Shown piece after piece: positions 40,841-56,594 of a stretch of DNA of 64,000 nucleotides. Under the pieces are notes generated by a model. It was not told the DNA's origin and did no database searches. It saw only the letters and a program-made list of their open reading frames with translations. The position numbers were made by a program, and so were the translations under genes. Origin of the DNA: the human T2T-CHM13v2.0 reference genome, Homo sapiens. The first letter of the stretch is position 1. The number at the start of each line of letters is the position of its first letter. The DNA is taken from assembly GCF_009914755.1 (NCBI RefSeq), contig NC_060936.1; one strand, 5' to 3'.

Positions 40841-42193
40841 CCACAGGCACCCCCTGGGCTCTGGTCCCCTGTACCATCTTCCTGTCAGTGCCTCCAACTC
40901 TAGGTGCCCTGTCAGGGGCCGCACGCCTCCCACCCTGATGCCTGCTCTGGCTCATCTGGGGACTGGCCTAAGACGCACTGCCCACCTGAGTCCTTTCTCT
41001 GAGAACCAGGATTTAAAAGGAGGTGAGGGCACCGGATTCCACTCTGTCTTTGCCACTGACTGTGCAACTTCACACACTTCACAGTCACTTAAGCTCCACA
41101 GGCCCCTCCTCTTTGGCACACATGACAACTGGCTGTGAAGATTCCTGCGGTACCAGGTCTCTCACCCCAACTCCCGGATCCAACCCTTCCTCATCTATAA
41201 CCTCCCAGGTGGCTCAGAGCTGCCCCCTGCTCCCCAGATCCTCGGGGCACCCCTGACCCAAGCCCGGGACCATGATTCACTCCTCCCTGGCCTCCACCTC
41301 CCATTCCCACCCCTACAACCAACCAGCAGTCACAGCACCCTCTGCAAAGTGCAAACCTGGCTCACCCACCCCCTCACACCCTCACCTTAAAGTCCGTCAG
41401 CGTCCCCCATCTTGGCTCCTGAAGACCCCTGCTGCTGCTGGTCCACAGATGCTGTCCGATGCAGCCTGCCCTCCCCACACCACACTGGCCTCTCTCTGGT
41501 CCAGCTGGGTCTGCCTCTCAGCTCCCCAAGCTCCCTGTGCCACAGGGCCTTTGCACACACAGTTCCCATCGCCTGGAACCTTCTCTCCCTGCTTTTCTGG
41601 TTTAACTCTTGGTCACTCTCTCGCCAGGCCTTGCCCCATGGGCCACAGAGGAAGGCCCCTGCAACTCCAGGGGCAGCTGAAGGACCCCTCTCCCCGTGAG
41701 CAGCACCCCAGTTTCCAGTGGGACCCTGGGAGGCTCAGCACCTTGTCCAGGGTCCCACATCCCTGGCAGAACCAGGGTGAGTGGTTCATCCCTGCACAGC
41801 TCAAGACCCATCAGGGAAGCCCCCACGGTCTCATCACCACACCACGCCTGTTCCCATCCTTCCTCTTTCTGGCCATCCTCCGTTTCCCAGCCATCTTTGC
41901 AGACATGGGGACCGTGGGGCAAACAGGCTGGCGGGCCTCACTGTGTCTGCCACAGGCCCCAGCAGCATGGGGAGGGTATACCCACCCCTTCATCCCCCCT
42001 AGAGTCCCAGACACCTCCAGGCTCCATCCCGGTCACCCAGGTCTTTCACCTTAAACAATACTGGACACTGAGGCTCGAGCTCTGGCCTGTGCCTCAGCTC
42101 TGGGACACTGGCCAAAGTGCACACCTCTTTGTAAGCTTCACCACACATCCCCTCAGTGCCCCTCACAGCAACCCTGCTAGGCAAGTGCTATGA

Positions 42194-42500
<307 letters not shown>

Positions 42501-42529
42501 ATTATCTCCATTTTAGAGATGGTGAAACT

Positions 42530-43650
<1,121 letters not shown>

Positions 43651-43862
43651 CACAGAGGCCTAGAGAGCTTGAGTGAGCAGCCCAGTCGCCCAGCTATGAA
43701 TCCAGAATGGTCCAACCCCAAACCTATGCTCATAACCCCTACCCAGCTTGGCCCCCTCTTCTGGGCATCAGCTCAAAGGGTCATTCTAGGAAACAAGTAT
43801 CCCGAGATGTTACACAAGACAAGGGTGCCTGCCACTGGGCTGGTTCAGGGGAAAACGCCCAC

Positions 43863-43943
43863 CTGTTGTCGAAGAAGGCACGAACAATTTTGGATCGGAT
43901 GGGGTTGAGCTCCAGGTCCGGGACATTGTTGAAGTTCTCCTTG
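43863..43943 (-). CDS. TESC: TESC coding exon 3
   Basis: CAG| acceptor, AG|GTGGGC donor; 81 nt, phase 2-2. Translates (R)[26 protein letters not shown](R); seen in ORF 43781..44014. Confidence 0.96.
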
Positions 43944-44164
43944 CTGGTTTCCAAGAAGGAGAGATACCGGGAAGAGAATAAGGAAAGATAGCAGACGTCA
44001 GCTGGCATTTTCATCCTGTATCAAGCTGTATTTTGGATCCCTAACAGGCCCCCACAAGAATAGTTCAGAGTTAGGAGACAGAACTGGAATACGCTTCACT
44101 TATCTGCCCCTTCCTCTAACCTTTAGACTGGGCAAGGGCAGGGAGGATTTGGAGGCTCAAGATA

Positions 44165-44556
<392 letters not shown>

Positions 44557-44609
44557 TGAAGCCCATCCTCAAATCCCTAGGTCAGTATTTAGAGCAGTGG
44601 GGTGCTGGC

Positions 44610-45620
44610 TTGGAGCTCTGGAAAACAGTCTGGCAGGTCCTCAAAGGTTAAACATGGAGTATTGACAACCCAGCAACTCCACTCCTAGGGATATGCCCAA
44701 GAGAAATAAAAACCTGTGTGTGAATTTCACAGCAGCATTGCTCACCCGTAAAGCAGAAACAACCCAAACATCTGTCAACTCATAATTGGAGAAATAAAAT
44801 GTGGCCCATGCAATGGAGTTTTTTTGTTTGTTTGTTTTTTGAGATGGAGTCTCGCTCTGCCGCCCAGGCTGGAGTGCAGTGGTGCAATCCTGGCTCACTG
44901 CAACCACAATGGAGTATTTTTTAGCCATAAAAAGGAACCAAGTACTGATAGATGCTACAACACAAATGAATCTAAAAAACATGATGCTAAGTGAGCCCGG
45001 GCGCCGTAGCTCACACCTGTAATCCCAGCACTGTGGGAGGCCGAGGCAGGCGGATCACTTGAGGTCAGGAGTTCAAGACCAGCCTGGCCAACATGGTGAA
45101 ACCCCATCTCTACTAAAAATACAAAAATTACCCGGGTGTGGTGGCGCACATCTGTAATCCCAGCTACTTGGGAACCTCAGACACAAGAGTTGCTTGAATC
45201 CGGGAGGTGGAGGTTGCAGTGAGCCAAGATCTCACCATTGCACTACAGCCTGGTAGACTGTAGTCTCAAAAAACTTTTGAGTTTTGAGACTCCGTCTCAA
45301 AATACAAACAAAAAAAACCCATTATGCTAAGTGAAAGAAGCCAATTACAAATGACCACATATTACATAATTCCATTTACATGAATTATCTGGAATAGGTA
45401 AATACACCGCGGTAGAAAGCAGATTGGTGGTTGTCAGGGGGTTGGGGAGAGGGGAATGTGGTGTGCCAGCTGAGGGTACAGCTTTCTTTTGGGAGTGATG
45501 AATATGTTCTAATATTGACTGCAGTGCTGGATGCAGAACTCTGTACATACAACAAATGTCACTGAATTGCACATTTTAATGGCTAAGTTGTATTATGTAA
45601 ATTACATTTCAGTAAAGCTG
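44610..45620 (+). mobile_element. L1MB/MC 3' end interrupted by Alus (44819-44905 -, 44995-45318 +)
   Basis: CCCAGCAACTCCACTCCTAGG...ATGCTAAGTGAAAGAAGCC...; ATGCTAAGTGA is duplicated around the + Alu. Confidence 0.8.
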
Positions 45621-45642
45621 TTAAAAAAAAAAAAAAAAAAAG

Positions 45643-45820
45643 CCAGCCAGGTGTGATGGCATGCGCCTGTAGTCCCAGCTAGCAACCAATGCAGGAGGCT
45701 GAGGCAAGAGGATTGTTTAAGCCCAGGAGTTCAAGGTTACAGTGAGCTATGATGGTGCCACTACACTGCAGCCTGGGTGATACAGTGAGACTCCAATCTC
45801 TTAAAAAAAAAAAAAAAAAG
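45643..45820 (+). mobile_element. Alu right monomer
   Basis: Single arm with an A tail. Confidence 0.75.
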
Positions 45821-46614
45821 GCAAAAAAAGCTTGGCTGGGGAGAGGGGAGGGTGAATTTCACAGGAGGACACCCTGTAGCTGGCACAGGTAATGCTGAGT
45901 CCTAGAGGCTGCAGGTTTGCAGGCAGGGGCGTCAGCCACTCCCTCACCTGCCTGCCCTCCTCCCCTGCCTTTCACAGAAGGCCATCCTGGGTTCTCTCAA
46001 TCTGCTTCCTGCTCACCTTTTCCTTCTGCTCCATGGGCCTCCACGGGCAGTGTCTTGGGAAGGACCCAGCACACAGGCTGGTGATCCTAGGGAAAAAGGT
46101 GTCAGGCCCAGGTAGGGAAGGCAGAGGGTATCAGCCCACTGAAAATGAGGACGTCCGGGTGGGAAGTGATGACGGGACAGTCATTGGGAGTGGGATTCAA
46201 CACTAGGACAGACAGATGCTGGAGAGGAGGAGGCAAAACAGATGCAAGGGACTCTACGCCGTTTGGGTTGGAAGATTCTGTGAACGCCTTGTGGCCCCTG
46301 TGCTGCCCTGCCTTACGCATTGGAGGGGTGGGGATGGAGGCATGGAGAGGCACAGCAGGACCTGGCCGATTCCCGGGTCCCTCTGTGTCCCCGGCATGGC
46401 CTCCTGTCCCTCCCACCCAGGCCTTTCAGCTGGGCTCACTCATGGCCTCTGGCCAAACTCAGTAGCTGTGTCAGGGCAGACTCATGTTTTAGATTCCCAG
46501 AAACCCAGTTCAAAAGAAGGAGGTAGACTCGGGACAGCTGGCCCAGAGAGATGGGATGTTATTTGGCCATGGAAAAAAAAATAAGATTATTTTTTGGCCA
46601 TAAAAAGGAACAAG

Positions 46615-46945
46615 GTTTTTTGTTTTGTTTTTTTGAGACAGAGTTTCACTCTGTTGCCCAGGCTGGAGCGCGGTGGCACAATCTCGGCTCAATCTCCATG
46701 GGCCTGCTCCATAGTGGATCTCGGCTGCAATCTCCGCCTCCCGGGTTCAAGTGATTCTCCTGCCTCAGCCTCCCGAGTAGCTGGGATTACAGACATGTGC
46801 TACCACGCCCAGCTAACTTCTGTATTTTTAGTAGAGGTGCGGTTTCACCAGTTGGCCAGGCTGGTCTCAAACTCCTGACCTCAGGTAATCCACCCACCTC
46901 AGCCTCCCAAAGTGCTGGGATTACAGGTGTGAGCCATTGCACCTG
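46615..46945 (-). mobile_element. AluS with an internal non-Alu insertion
   Basis: Reverse Alu with extra sequence at 46694-46717. Confidence 0.88.
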
Positions 46946-46949
46946 TCCA

Positions 46950-47240
46950 GGAACGAGATTCTCATCCATGCCACAGCACGGATATACCTGGAAGACATGA
47001 TGCTCAGTGGAAGAAGCCAGACACAAATGGTGTACGATGCCATTTATAGGAAACATCCAGAAAAGACAAATGCAGGGAGACAAAGTGGAGAGATGTGGTT
47101 TCCAGGGGCTGGGGACGGGGTGATGGCTAACGGGTGCAGAGCTTCTTTCTGAGGTGCTCTAAAGTGGACTGTACATTTTCAATGGGCGAATTTTATAATA
47201 TGTGCATTACAGCTCCATAAAGCTGTTAAAATTTTCTAAT
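46950..47240 (+). mobile_element. Old L1 3' end fragment
   Basis: ATGCTCAGTGGAAGAAGCCAGACACAAA...CCATAAAGCTGTTAAA. Confidence 0.7.
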
Positions 47241-49252
47241 AAGTCTTTAAAAAAACAAAAAAGAACTGCTGTGCTACTGCACTATGACTCCATTTATGTA
47301 AAGAACAGAAAGTGACAACACGAACCTCTGCAGTCAGGGTGGTGAACCGCCCCAGAGTTGGGGGTGATTGAGAGGGAATATGGGGGCCTTTTGGGAGCCG
47401 GGAACATTCTGTTGCATGTTCCGTCTGTCAAAGTCCCTCTGTGTGTGACACATGCTTTTCTGTATGCAGGTCACACCCTCACTGCTCGGAGACAGCTCGA
47501 TGCCTTGCCCTTTTTCCTCATTAGTGGGAGGCGACCACAGGAGGGGACAGAATAGAGAGACCAGAGCCCTGAATGAGTCAGGGTTACCAGGGAGATGATC
47601 TACGAAATCACGATCGGATGACAATGACAGCTACAGCTCACAACCGTGCAAGCAACTTGGCCGGAGCCACCTCGCTTCCCAGAGACCCCACAAGGGCTCC
47701 TATTATCCACGACGCTTCAGGCTCAGCACAGACAGGTTCGGCAACCTGCCCCAGCTCACCCAGTGGGGGCATGGAAGAGTCAGCTTGGAAGCCAGGTAGC
47801 GTACAGCCATGCTCTTACCAGATACCCTGCTGCCCGACTCTCCCTGGCCATCCGAATAGAATCCATTTTCCAAGGCCCAGATCCCTGAGAAAGGGACCAC
47901 GTGGAGCTCCAGAGGGAATCTGGGAGAACAGAGAAGCCGCTGGCTGCTATGCTGCTAGCCAAACCCTCTCTGGCTTTCACTGGCTGTTGCTAATCCTTCC
48001 TGAGTCTGTTTTCTCGTCTGTGAGGAGGGCACACTGATACTGACAGAGGGTGAAGGGCACAGCCTCTGGAATCACACTTGGGCTCTACCCTACTCTGCTA
48101 CCTGGGTCAAACGGCGTTGCCTCACCCAGCCTCTGTCTACTCCTTTGCAAACAGGAACCTCACAGGGTTGCCGTACAGTTTAGAGGAGATAAAGTCTGCA
48201 ACATGCTCAGCACGGTGTCTGGTGAACTGGGAGTGCACCACAGATGGCACCTTGCAGGATGGGGACCCTGTGATGTCCACAGCACCCCGTCCTCAGTGCC
48301 TTGCACTGCTGGGCTTGGCAAGGTGGTCAATAAATGGTTTGCTGAGCGAATAATGAAGCGAATAATGAAGATGGCTGCACGCAGGGCTTCCTTCTTTGTC
48401 TGGCCCATCCTGAGGCACTGCCCTTCCCCAGGTGCCTTCCCCAGGGCCCAGGTGTCCAGACCCTGGAAGGAGAGCAGACCCCAATGTCCCAGGAGAGAGG
48501 GAGGAGAGGTGGGGGAGAAACCACCTAGAAGAGCCTGACCCATGTGCCTGGAGAAGAAATTAACTCAACACAAGAGGCCTGTCCCCAACCAGCAGCAACA
48601 AGACATGCTTGACCTGCTAGGAATTGAGCTGGGGACACAGTGTCCCCAGGTGCTGGCTTCACAACCCCCAGTGGGTGTGTAAATGGCTCTGAAGCCCGCT
48701 GCCTCTGCTCTCTCTCTCTCTCTCCATAGGCACCTGCTACATCCACACCTGACTCTCACCTCCCCCTCACCACTGGTGCCTGACTCTTGGAGCCTCAGTT
48801 TCCTCATCTGTGAGATGGGTGCAGACCTAATCCTTCCCATATCAAAGGGGATGGTTCAGGGTCAAACACAAGGTGGGGAGAGGGGTGCTGGCCCAGGCTC
48901 TGCCCCTTACCAGGCACATGGTCTTGAGTAATCACAGCATGTCTTCAAGCCGTGATTTCTCATATGTAAAATGGGGATCATAGGAATATCCAGGTAACAT
49001 GATGGGGCTAATGAGATGATCAAATGAGATAAATCCACATAAGATGCTGAGTAGGCTGCCTGACACAGGATGAGCTCTTAATTTTAAAATAATAACAGTA
49101 ATAACGGCAGCAGCAGTAACAGTAATCGCTGCAGCAGTATTAATAGTAGTAATAATAATAATGTAACAGCAGCTAACCTACGTACCCTCAAAATGGAAGG
49201 AACTATTCTAAGAGCTTTACATTATTACATAGGGTTCACAACAACCCTATAA

Positions 49253-49636
<384 letters not shown>

Positions 49637-50914
49637 TAAGAATGATACTGGCGGACCCAGGCAGTGGCATGGTGGTTGGTGCCTGGCCTTCAGGGACTTT
49701 CCCTAAAACCTGCCAATGTCCCTTTTCAACAAGGAGAGCACCGGCCTTGAGTCCAGCGCTTAGGACAGGCTAACCTTTTCATTTCATCAGTTTCATGCTC
49801 CATCAATACTCGTGTCAGTTTTGTTTTCCTTCCTCCCTAGGTCCCCGCCGGGCTGGATGAACCGGCTTTTCTAAAGGTGTCGCAGCCCAGGCTGCAGCCA
49901 TGGGAACAGGCTCTGCCTCACCTCAGAGCCCAGGGCTGACGGCAGGTCACTGCCCTCAGCCAGAGCTGATTCTCATGGCCAGTGGTGTTGCCCCAGTGAC
50001 CATCAGGGGTAGCGGGGATTGCCCAGGAGGGCTCCAGGGCCACACACCTTCCAGGCCTCCTGCGGGAGAGCTTGAGCCCTCGGGGCTTCAGAATGTCCCC
50101 CTGGAGTCATGAAGGGCTCGCGTGACATCAAGCTGTGCTAAGCACTGCAACACTTAATCACCCCCACATAATCATGAGTGGCAACAATGATGATCCTATT
50201 TTACAGACCAGAACACAAGGCCCAGAGAGGCAAAGAGACTAAGCCCCAGTCACACAGCTAGAGTTGGCGCGGGACTCCAGCTCTGCCTCCAGGCTGGCTC
50301 GAACCATCTTGCGCTTCCTCACTCTCACCACTTCCTTCCTTCCAGTTGCGCATTTTTACGTTAAAGAGAGAAAGAGCGAGGCATCTGCTCTCACCCAGCC
50401 CCCAGCCCTCAGCCCAAGAGGCCCCATCTGGGACCCAGGAAGAGGGCAGGACAAGCGTCAGGCCAACAAGAAGGGAAGGACCAGGCTCAAAAAACCACCG
50501 AGGACTGTGCTGGGCTCTTCCTCAAGCCTCGTGGTGTGGGTTGGTTTCCGGTGGCTTTCGGAGCCCAGCTCAGTTGCAAAGTTCTCTCTAGGGGTACTGA
50601 GCATGGAGCTCCCCAACCCCCACCAACCACCACAAGGCTAACCGACCTCCAAGGTGAGGGTGCAGCCAGGCCCCAGATTCTCAGGCCGGAACTTCCACCG
50701 CTCCAGGGCTCCCTGCACTGAGGGAGGCCACTTTGCCGGGCTGCCTGCCCAATGTCCCTCTGAGTTCCCCTTCCTGCACTGCCTGCCCAGTGCCCCTCTG
50801 ATTCCCCTTCCTGCACTCACTGTTCAGCATGTGGTGTCCCCCACAGTGGGGAAGCTGAGGCCCCATGGAGACTCTTCAAGGCAGAGACTGCATGTCACTC
50901 AGCACATGTCTTCC

Positions 50915-51313
50915 CAGTAGCCAAGATACTCAAAGTGTGGTTTCTGGGCCAGCAGCATCTGCATCACCTGGAGCTTATTAGAGATGCACCATCTCTCCCT
51001 ACTCCAGACCTACTGAATCAAAACCTGCATTAATACAGTAGTGCATTCATGGCTCACTGCAGCCTTGAACTCCTGGGCTCAAGTGATCCTCCCTCCTCAG
51101 CCTCCTGAGCAGCTGGGACTACAGGTGTGTACCACCACACCCAATTTATTTTTGGTAAAGACAGGGTCTCACTATATTTCCCAAGCTAGTCCTGAACGCC
51201 TGGGCTCAAGTGATCCTCCCGCCTTGGCCTCCCAAAGTGCTGGCATTACAGAACCTGCATTTTAACGCAGTCCCCAGGGCATTCACGTACACATGAATGC
51301 GTGAGAACTGCTG
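50915..51313 (+). mobile_element. MER5A hAT element containing a tailless Alu fragment (51034-51251)
   Basis: CTCAAAGTGTGG...AGCAGCATCTGCATCACCTGG...CCTACTGAATCA. Confidence 0.75.
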
Positions 51314-51579
51314 GCCTCTTAATCTCTCAATGTTTCAAAGCACCTGGAATTGTGCAAATGTGCTAGGCAATTCTCCTATCCACATTTTTGCACAGAAGAT
51401 TCTGGCAAGAAAGGCCTGGTCCTTTTTGCTCCTGGCAAATGCCTCTTTGAAAAGCTGGACAACGTCGCCAAGACCACTCCCCCAGGCAAACACCTTCTCA
51501 TCCCTGTCCCTGCCCCATGTCAGTCCCCCACTTTCCCCAACACCTGGAATTGACTTCTTACAGTGAAAGCAACTCAGCG

Positions 51580-52660
51580 ACAAGCATTCGAGCCCCTTCA
51601 AGGAGCCAGGCACTGTTCTAGGTGCCAGCTGCAGAGGTAAAGACAGACACGATCCCTTACGGGGAATCTAGGAGAGCACAAAAAAGATGGGAAATAGAGT
51701 ATCTCAGGGAGTGATGAGTACTTTGCAGAGAAATTCAGCAGAGAAAGGGAGGGGACCACAGGAGACCGGTACAAGTTTAAATGAGGTTGACCACAGAAAG
51801 GCCACAGGGAAAAAAGTGACATTTGAGCAGAGACCTGAAGGAGGGGAGGTTCTCCACTCCCATGTGTCCAGCTGGTGGGGAGGGTGCTACCAGCATCTAG
51901 TGGGTGGAGGCCAGGGATGCTGCTCAGCACCCCACAGTGCCCAGGACAACCCCCAGTGAAGAATCATCCAGCCCCAGAGCCCAGGCTCAAAAACCCTGCT
52001 CTAGGGGAAAAGCATTCTAAGAAGAAGGAACAGCATGAGCTAGAGCCCTGGGGTGGGGAACAAAGAATGTTCATGTAACTTGGGCAAAAATAATTGGAGA
52101 TGGGTGTGGCAGGGGCCCAACCGTGCAGGGGCCAGAAGGACACTGAGAGGCCTCAGCGGAGGCTCTGACTCCCAATGGGTGAGACAGAACATCTTCAGCA
52201 GAGAAGAGACAGTCTCATAGGACCCTCCCACATGGTACCGTGAGCCTGGATGGTGGATGGACAGTGAAGACAGACACAGGGGAACCAGGGAGGAGGCTGT
52301 TGGGGTAGCCCAGGCCAGAGACCATGGCAGCTGGATGAGGGCAGGGGCTGGGGGAGCAGAGGAAGAAGGGGAGAGAAGTAGCAAATCCTGGGCTCCTTGG
52401 GAGGTAGAAATGGCAGTGTTTGCTGATGAACTGGAAGCAGGGCTGAGACAAAGGGAGGAATCAAAGGTGACCACTGCAGGGAACTGTGAGGCTGCCGTTC
52501 ACCACAGAGGAACGGGGGACCTCTGGGAGGGATGAGGAGGTGCTTGCTTTGAAAGGGGCATGTTAAGCGGCATGTCTTATTGGATATTAAGTGGATGGGC
52601 AGTTGCTACATGAGTCAGGAGCTCAGGGGAGAGGTCCTGGGAGGACATACAGATGTAGGA
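51580..52660 (-). mobile_element. L2 fragments
   Basis: CCAGGCACTGTTCTAGGTG, GTGACATTTGAGCAGAGACCTGAAG and GGAGGCTGTTGGGGTAGCCCAGG are typical L2 3' motifs. Confidence 0.65.
51847..51998 (+). mobile_element. MER20 (hAT-Charlie)
   Basis: GGTGCTAC..GCATCTAGTGGGTGGAGGCCAGGGATGCTGCT. Confidence 0.8.
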
Positions 52661-52663
52661 GCT

Positions 52664-52949
<286 letters not shown>

Positions 52950-53257
52950 CTAACATACAGCTGGTGTTTCAGGCCACATCTGTGCATTTTATTTCAAGGA
53001 CAAAAGGAAACCCAAGTCATCACTAGGGCAAAGGCAAACCCTCTGTGATCTGCACCCAACTCTCCAATTCTCCTCATGTGCTGGGCCTTCTGCCTAGAGC
53101 TCCCCTCCCTCTTCTCTTCACACACCGGCTCCTTCTCTCCTGGTCTCAGCCCAGATGTGGCCTCCTCAGTGGCACCTTCCATGACCACCTACCCCAAGGA
53201 CCCTCTCCTCCCTAGGGTTCCAGGGGATGGCTGTCTGCCCTGTTTCCTTCCTTTAGC

Positions 53258-53722
<465 letters not shown>

Positions 53723-54339
53723 ACCTTAGTATATTGCTCATGTTATAGCATGAACTGGCTGATGTGCTAGCTTTCTCTCTGACTACCCCTCACACACATA
53801 AGCATCAGAACAGAAGTGCCCCAGCAGGGGAAGGGGAGCCTCCCCTTCTCAACCCTGTAGGATCCTCAGCTCTAAAACCCATCACGGAAGGCCCTGGACA
53901 TTTGCAGGCTTGTAAGCAAGGACCATGTCAGTATCAACCATCCTGGGAAAAGAATCTCTATAAAAGTTTTATATGCGAGTACCTGCTAATAAAACTAAGA
54001 CTGTTTAGAAAGCTGCTTTTTGCCTCGGGAACGCCTCCGCACCTTTTCACACCAAACTACCCCCTTGGTGGCTCTCCTCACGTCTGCCTTAACACTCTCA
54101 CCTAAGCAGATGTGCGAGTCCAGCTGCCTCACGCCCGCTGTCTTTTCTGGGCATCTTTACAGCTACCGTAGCAGGTTTTCCTCTTTAAGTGAACGTGCAT
54201 CATCCTAGCTGAGGCTTTTAAAGGGAGGACTCGCTGCCTCTTGGAATATATTAAATTCTGATGGTGAAACAGCCTGCTGAGCTAGGTAGGGCCTCAGCAA
54301 CTTCCTTATGAGTATAGTATTTCTAAAAAAAGCTGTCGA

Positions 54340-54620
54340 GGCCAGGCATGGTGTCTCATGCCTGTAATCCTAGCACTTTGGAAGACTGAGGCAGGAGTAT
54401 TGCTTGAGCCAGGAGTCCGAGACCAGCCTGGGCAACCTAGCAAGACTCGCATCTCTACAAAAAAATTTTTTTTTAATTAGCTGGATGTGGTGATACACAT
54501 CTGTGGCCCCAGCTACAGCTCAGGAGGCTGAGGCAGGATGATCGCTTGAGCCCGGGAGTCGGAGGCTGCAGTAAACCATGACTGCACCACTGCACCCCAG
54601 TCTGGACAACAGAACGAGAT
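54340..54620 (+). mobile_element. AluJ-like
   Basis: Alu body. Confidence 0.85.
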
Positions 54621-54957
54621 CTTGCTCCCATCCCCTCAAAAAGTGGTCATATCATAGACAGGTTAAAAACAAAGCAAAGTGACTGGGTTAAAAGGGGATT
54701 TAATTCTGGATGAAGAGCAACATCACTGCAGTGGTTTGAGGCTACATCTCTTGCATTAGCCAGCTTTGCTTTTGAACTGAGGACCTACTGTGTAATTTTA
54801 ACCTCTTCAGCCTCAGTTGCTTAATCTGTAAAATGGGGATAATAATGTCAACCTCAGAGGGTTCCTGAGACCATGTGAGCGTTGAGCCCAGCGTCTGGCA
54901 CATGTTAGCACTCTGCTGCTGGCAGCTGGGCTCCCATTTCTGCTCACAACCCCGTGC

Positions 54958-55600
54958 TTTTTTTTCTTTTTGAGACAGTCTTGCTTCATCACCTAGGCTG
55001 GAGTGCAGTGGCAAGACAAGTTACTGCAGCCTCAACCTCCCAGGCTCAAACAATCTTCCCACCTCAGCCTCCTGAGTAGCTAGGACCACAGGTGCATGCC
55101 ACCATGCCCGGCTCATTTTTAAATTTTTTTTGTAGAGACAGAGTCTCACTGTGTTGCCCAGGCTCGTCCCAAACTCCTGGATTCAAGCAATCCTTCCACC
55201 TCGGCCTCCCAAAGTGCTCAGATTACACGTGTGAGCTACTGCACTGGGCCAATCTTGTGGTAACTTCAAAAAATGACAGAGCAGTGGTAAGAACACTGCT
55301 GAGGGCCTGGGTGTGGTGGCTCACACCTGTAATCCCAGCACTTTGGGAGGCCGAGGCGGGTGGATCACCTGAGGTCAGGAGTTTAAGACCAGCCTGGCCA
55401 ACATGGTGAAACCTTGCCTCTACTAAAAATACAAAAATTAGCCAGGTGTGGAGGTGGGTGCCATAATCCCAGCTACCTGGGAGGCTGAGGAAGGACAATT
55501 GCTTGAACCTGGGACGGGGAGGTTGCAGTGAGCCAAGATCGCGCCACAGCACTCCAGCCTGGCTGACAGAGCGAGACTCTGTCTCAAAGAGAAAAACAAA
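54958..55600. mobile_element. Head-to-head inverted Alu pair (- 54958-55250; + 55303-55600)
   Basis: Two oppositely oriented Alus ~50 bp apart. Confidence 0.85.
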
Positions 55601-56304
55601 AGGAACACTGCTGAAGGAAGAAAAACAGGACCTGGAGTTAGGACATTTTGCTGACGCCCCACTGTCTGGGCTATCAGAACATGGGGCTGCACGTTGGTGG
55701 CATTTGACATGGAGCATGGAGTCCCTTTTTTTTCTCTTCCCTGTGTACGTCTGTGGTTGCATTTACCTCCGGAATTACTCCACAGTCAATGGCTCGATGA
55801 ACCTAAAAATATTTTTTGTAATGTGGCTTTATCTAATCATGCCTCCTAATGGCCTGCACCACTACATCTGAAGTATTCCATAGCGTCTATTTCTGGCATT
55901 TATAAGCCTGCCAGCGTGCTATCAGGAAATTAAAAATTGTTGTTTAAAACATTTACCAGTTAAGGGGCCCAAAAAGAGAAAGAAAAAGTGCAAGAAGCTA
56001 TTTCTGTATTTTCTTCATTATTTAAAATTCTGACCTTTTAACAGGTTTACCTGTGGAGGTCGCCTCTGCTAGATGGAAAATTTCTGAGTGTACAGGGGAA
56101 GAGCCCCCCGAATGGTAGGTGGCTAATGAACGTGTTAGAATTAGATAGAAATTCCTTTTTTTTTTTTCTTTTCTATTCAGGCATTTTGCCGAGAGGCCAC
56201 AGAAATTCAGTGCTTTGTGGTCTGGATGAATTCAGGTCTTGAGGATCCTGAAGCATATACGATTTGGGGGTTCCCTCTTTTAAAAAGGGAACATAACAAA
56301 ATGA

Positions 56305-56594
56305 AATTTTTTTTGAGACAGAATCTCGCTCTGTCACCCAGGCTGCAGTGCAGTGTCATGATCTCAGCTCATTGCGACCTCTCCCTCCCATGTTCAAGCG
56401 ATTCTCCTGCTCAGCCTCCCGAGTAGCTGGGATTACAAGCACACACCACCACGCCCAACTGATTTTTGTATTTTCAGTAGAGACGAGGTTTCACCATGTT
56501 GGCCAGGCTGGTCTGGAACTCCTGACCTCAAGTGATCCGCCAGCCTCAGCCTCTCAAAGTGCTGGGATTACAGAGTGAGCCACTGCGCCCGGCC
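56305..56594 (-). mobile_element. AluS
   Basis: Reverse full Alu. Confidence 0.88.

Noticed and set aside
41272-42193. 260-aa and 165-aa ORFs antisense to TESC
   Set aside because: GC-rich, Pro/Ser-biased and partly L2-derived, with no recognisable domain or splice support.
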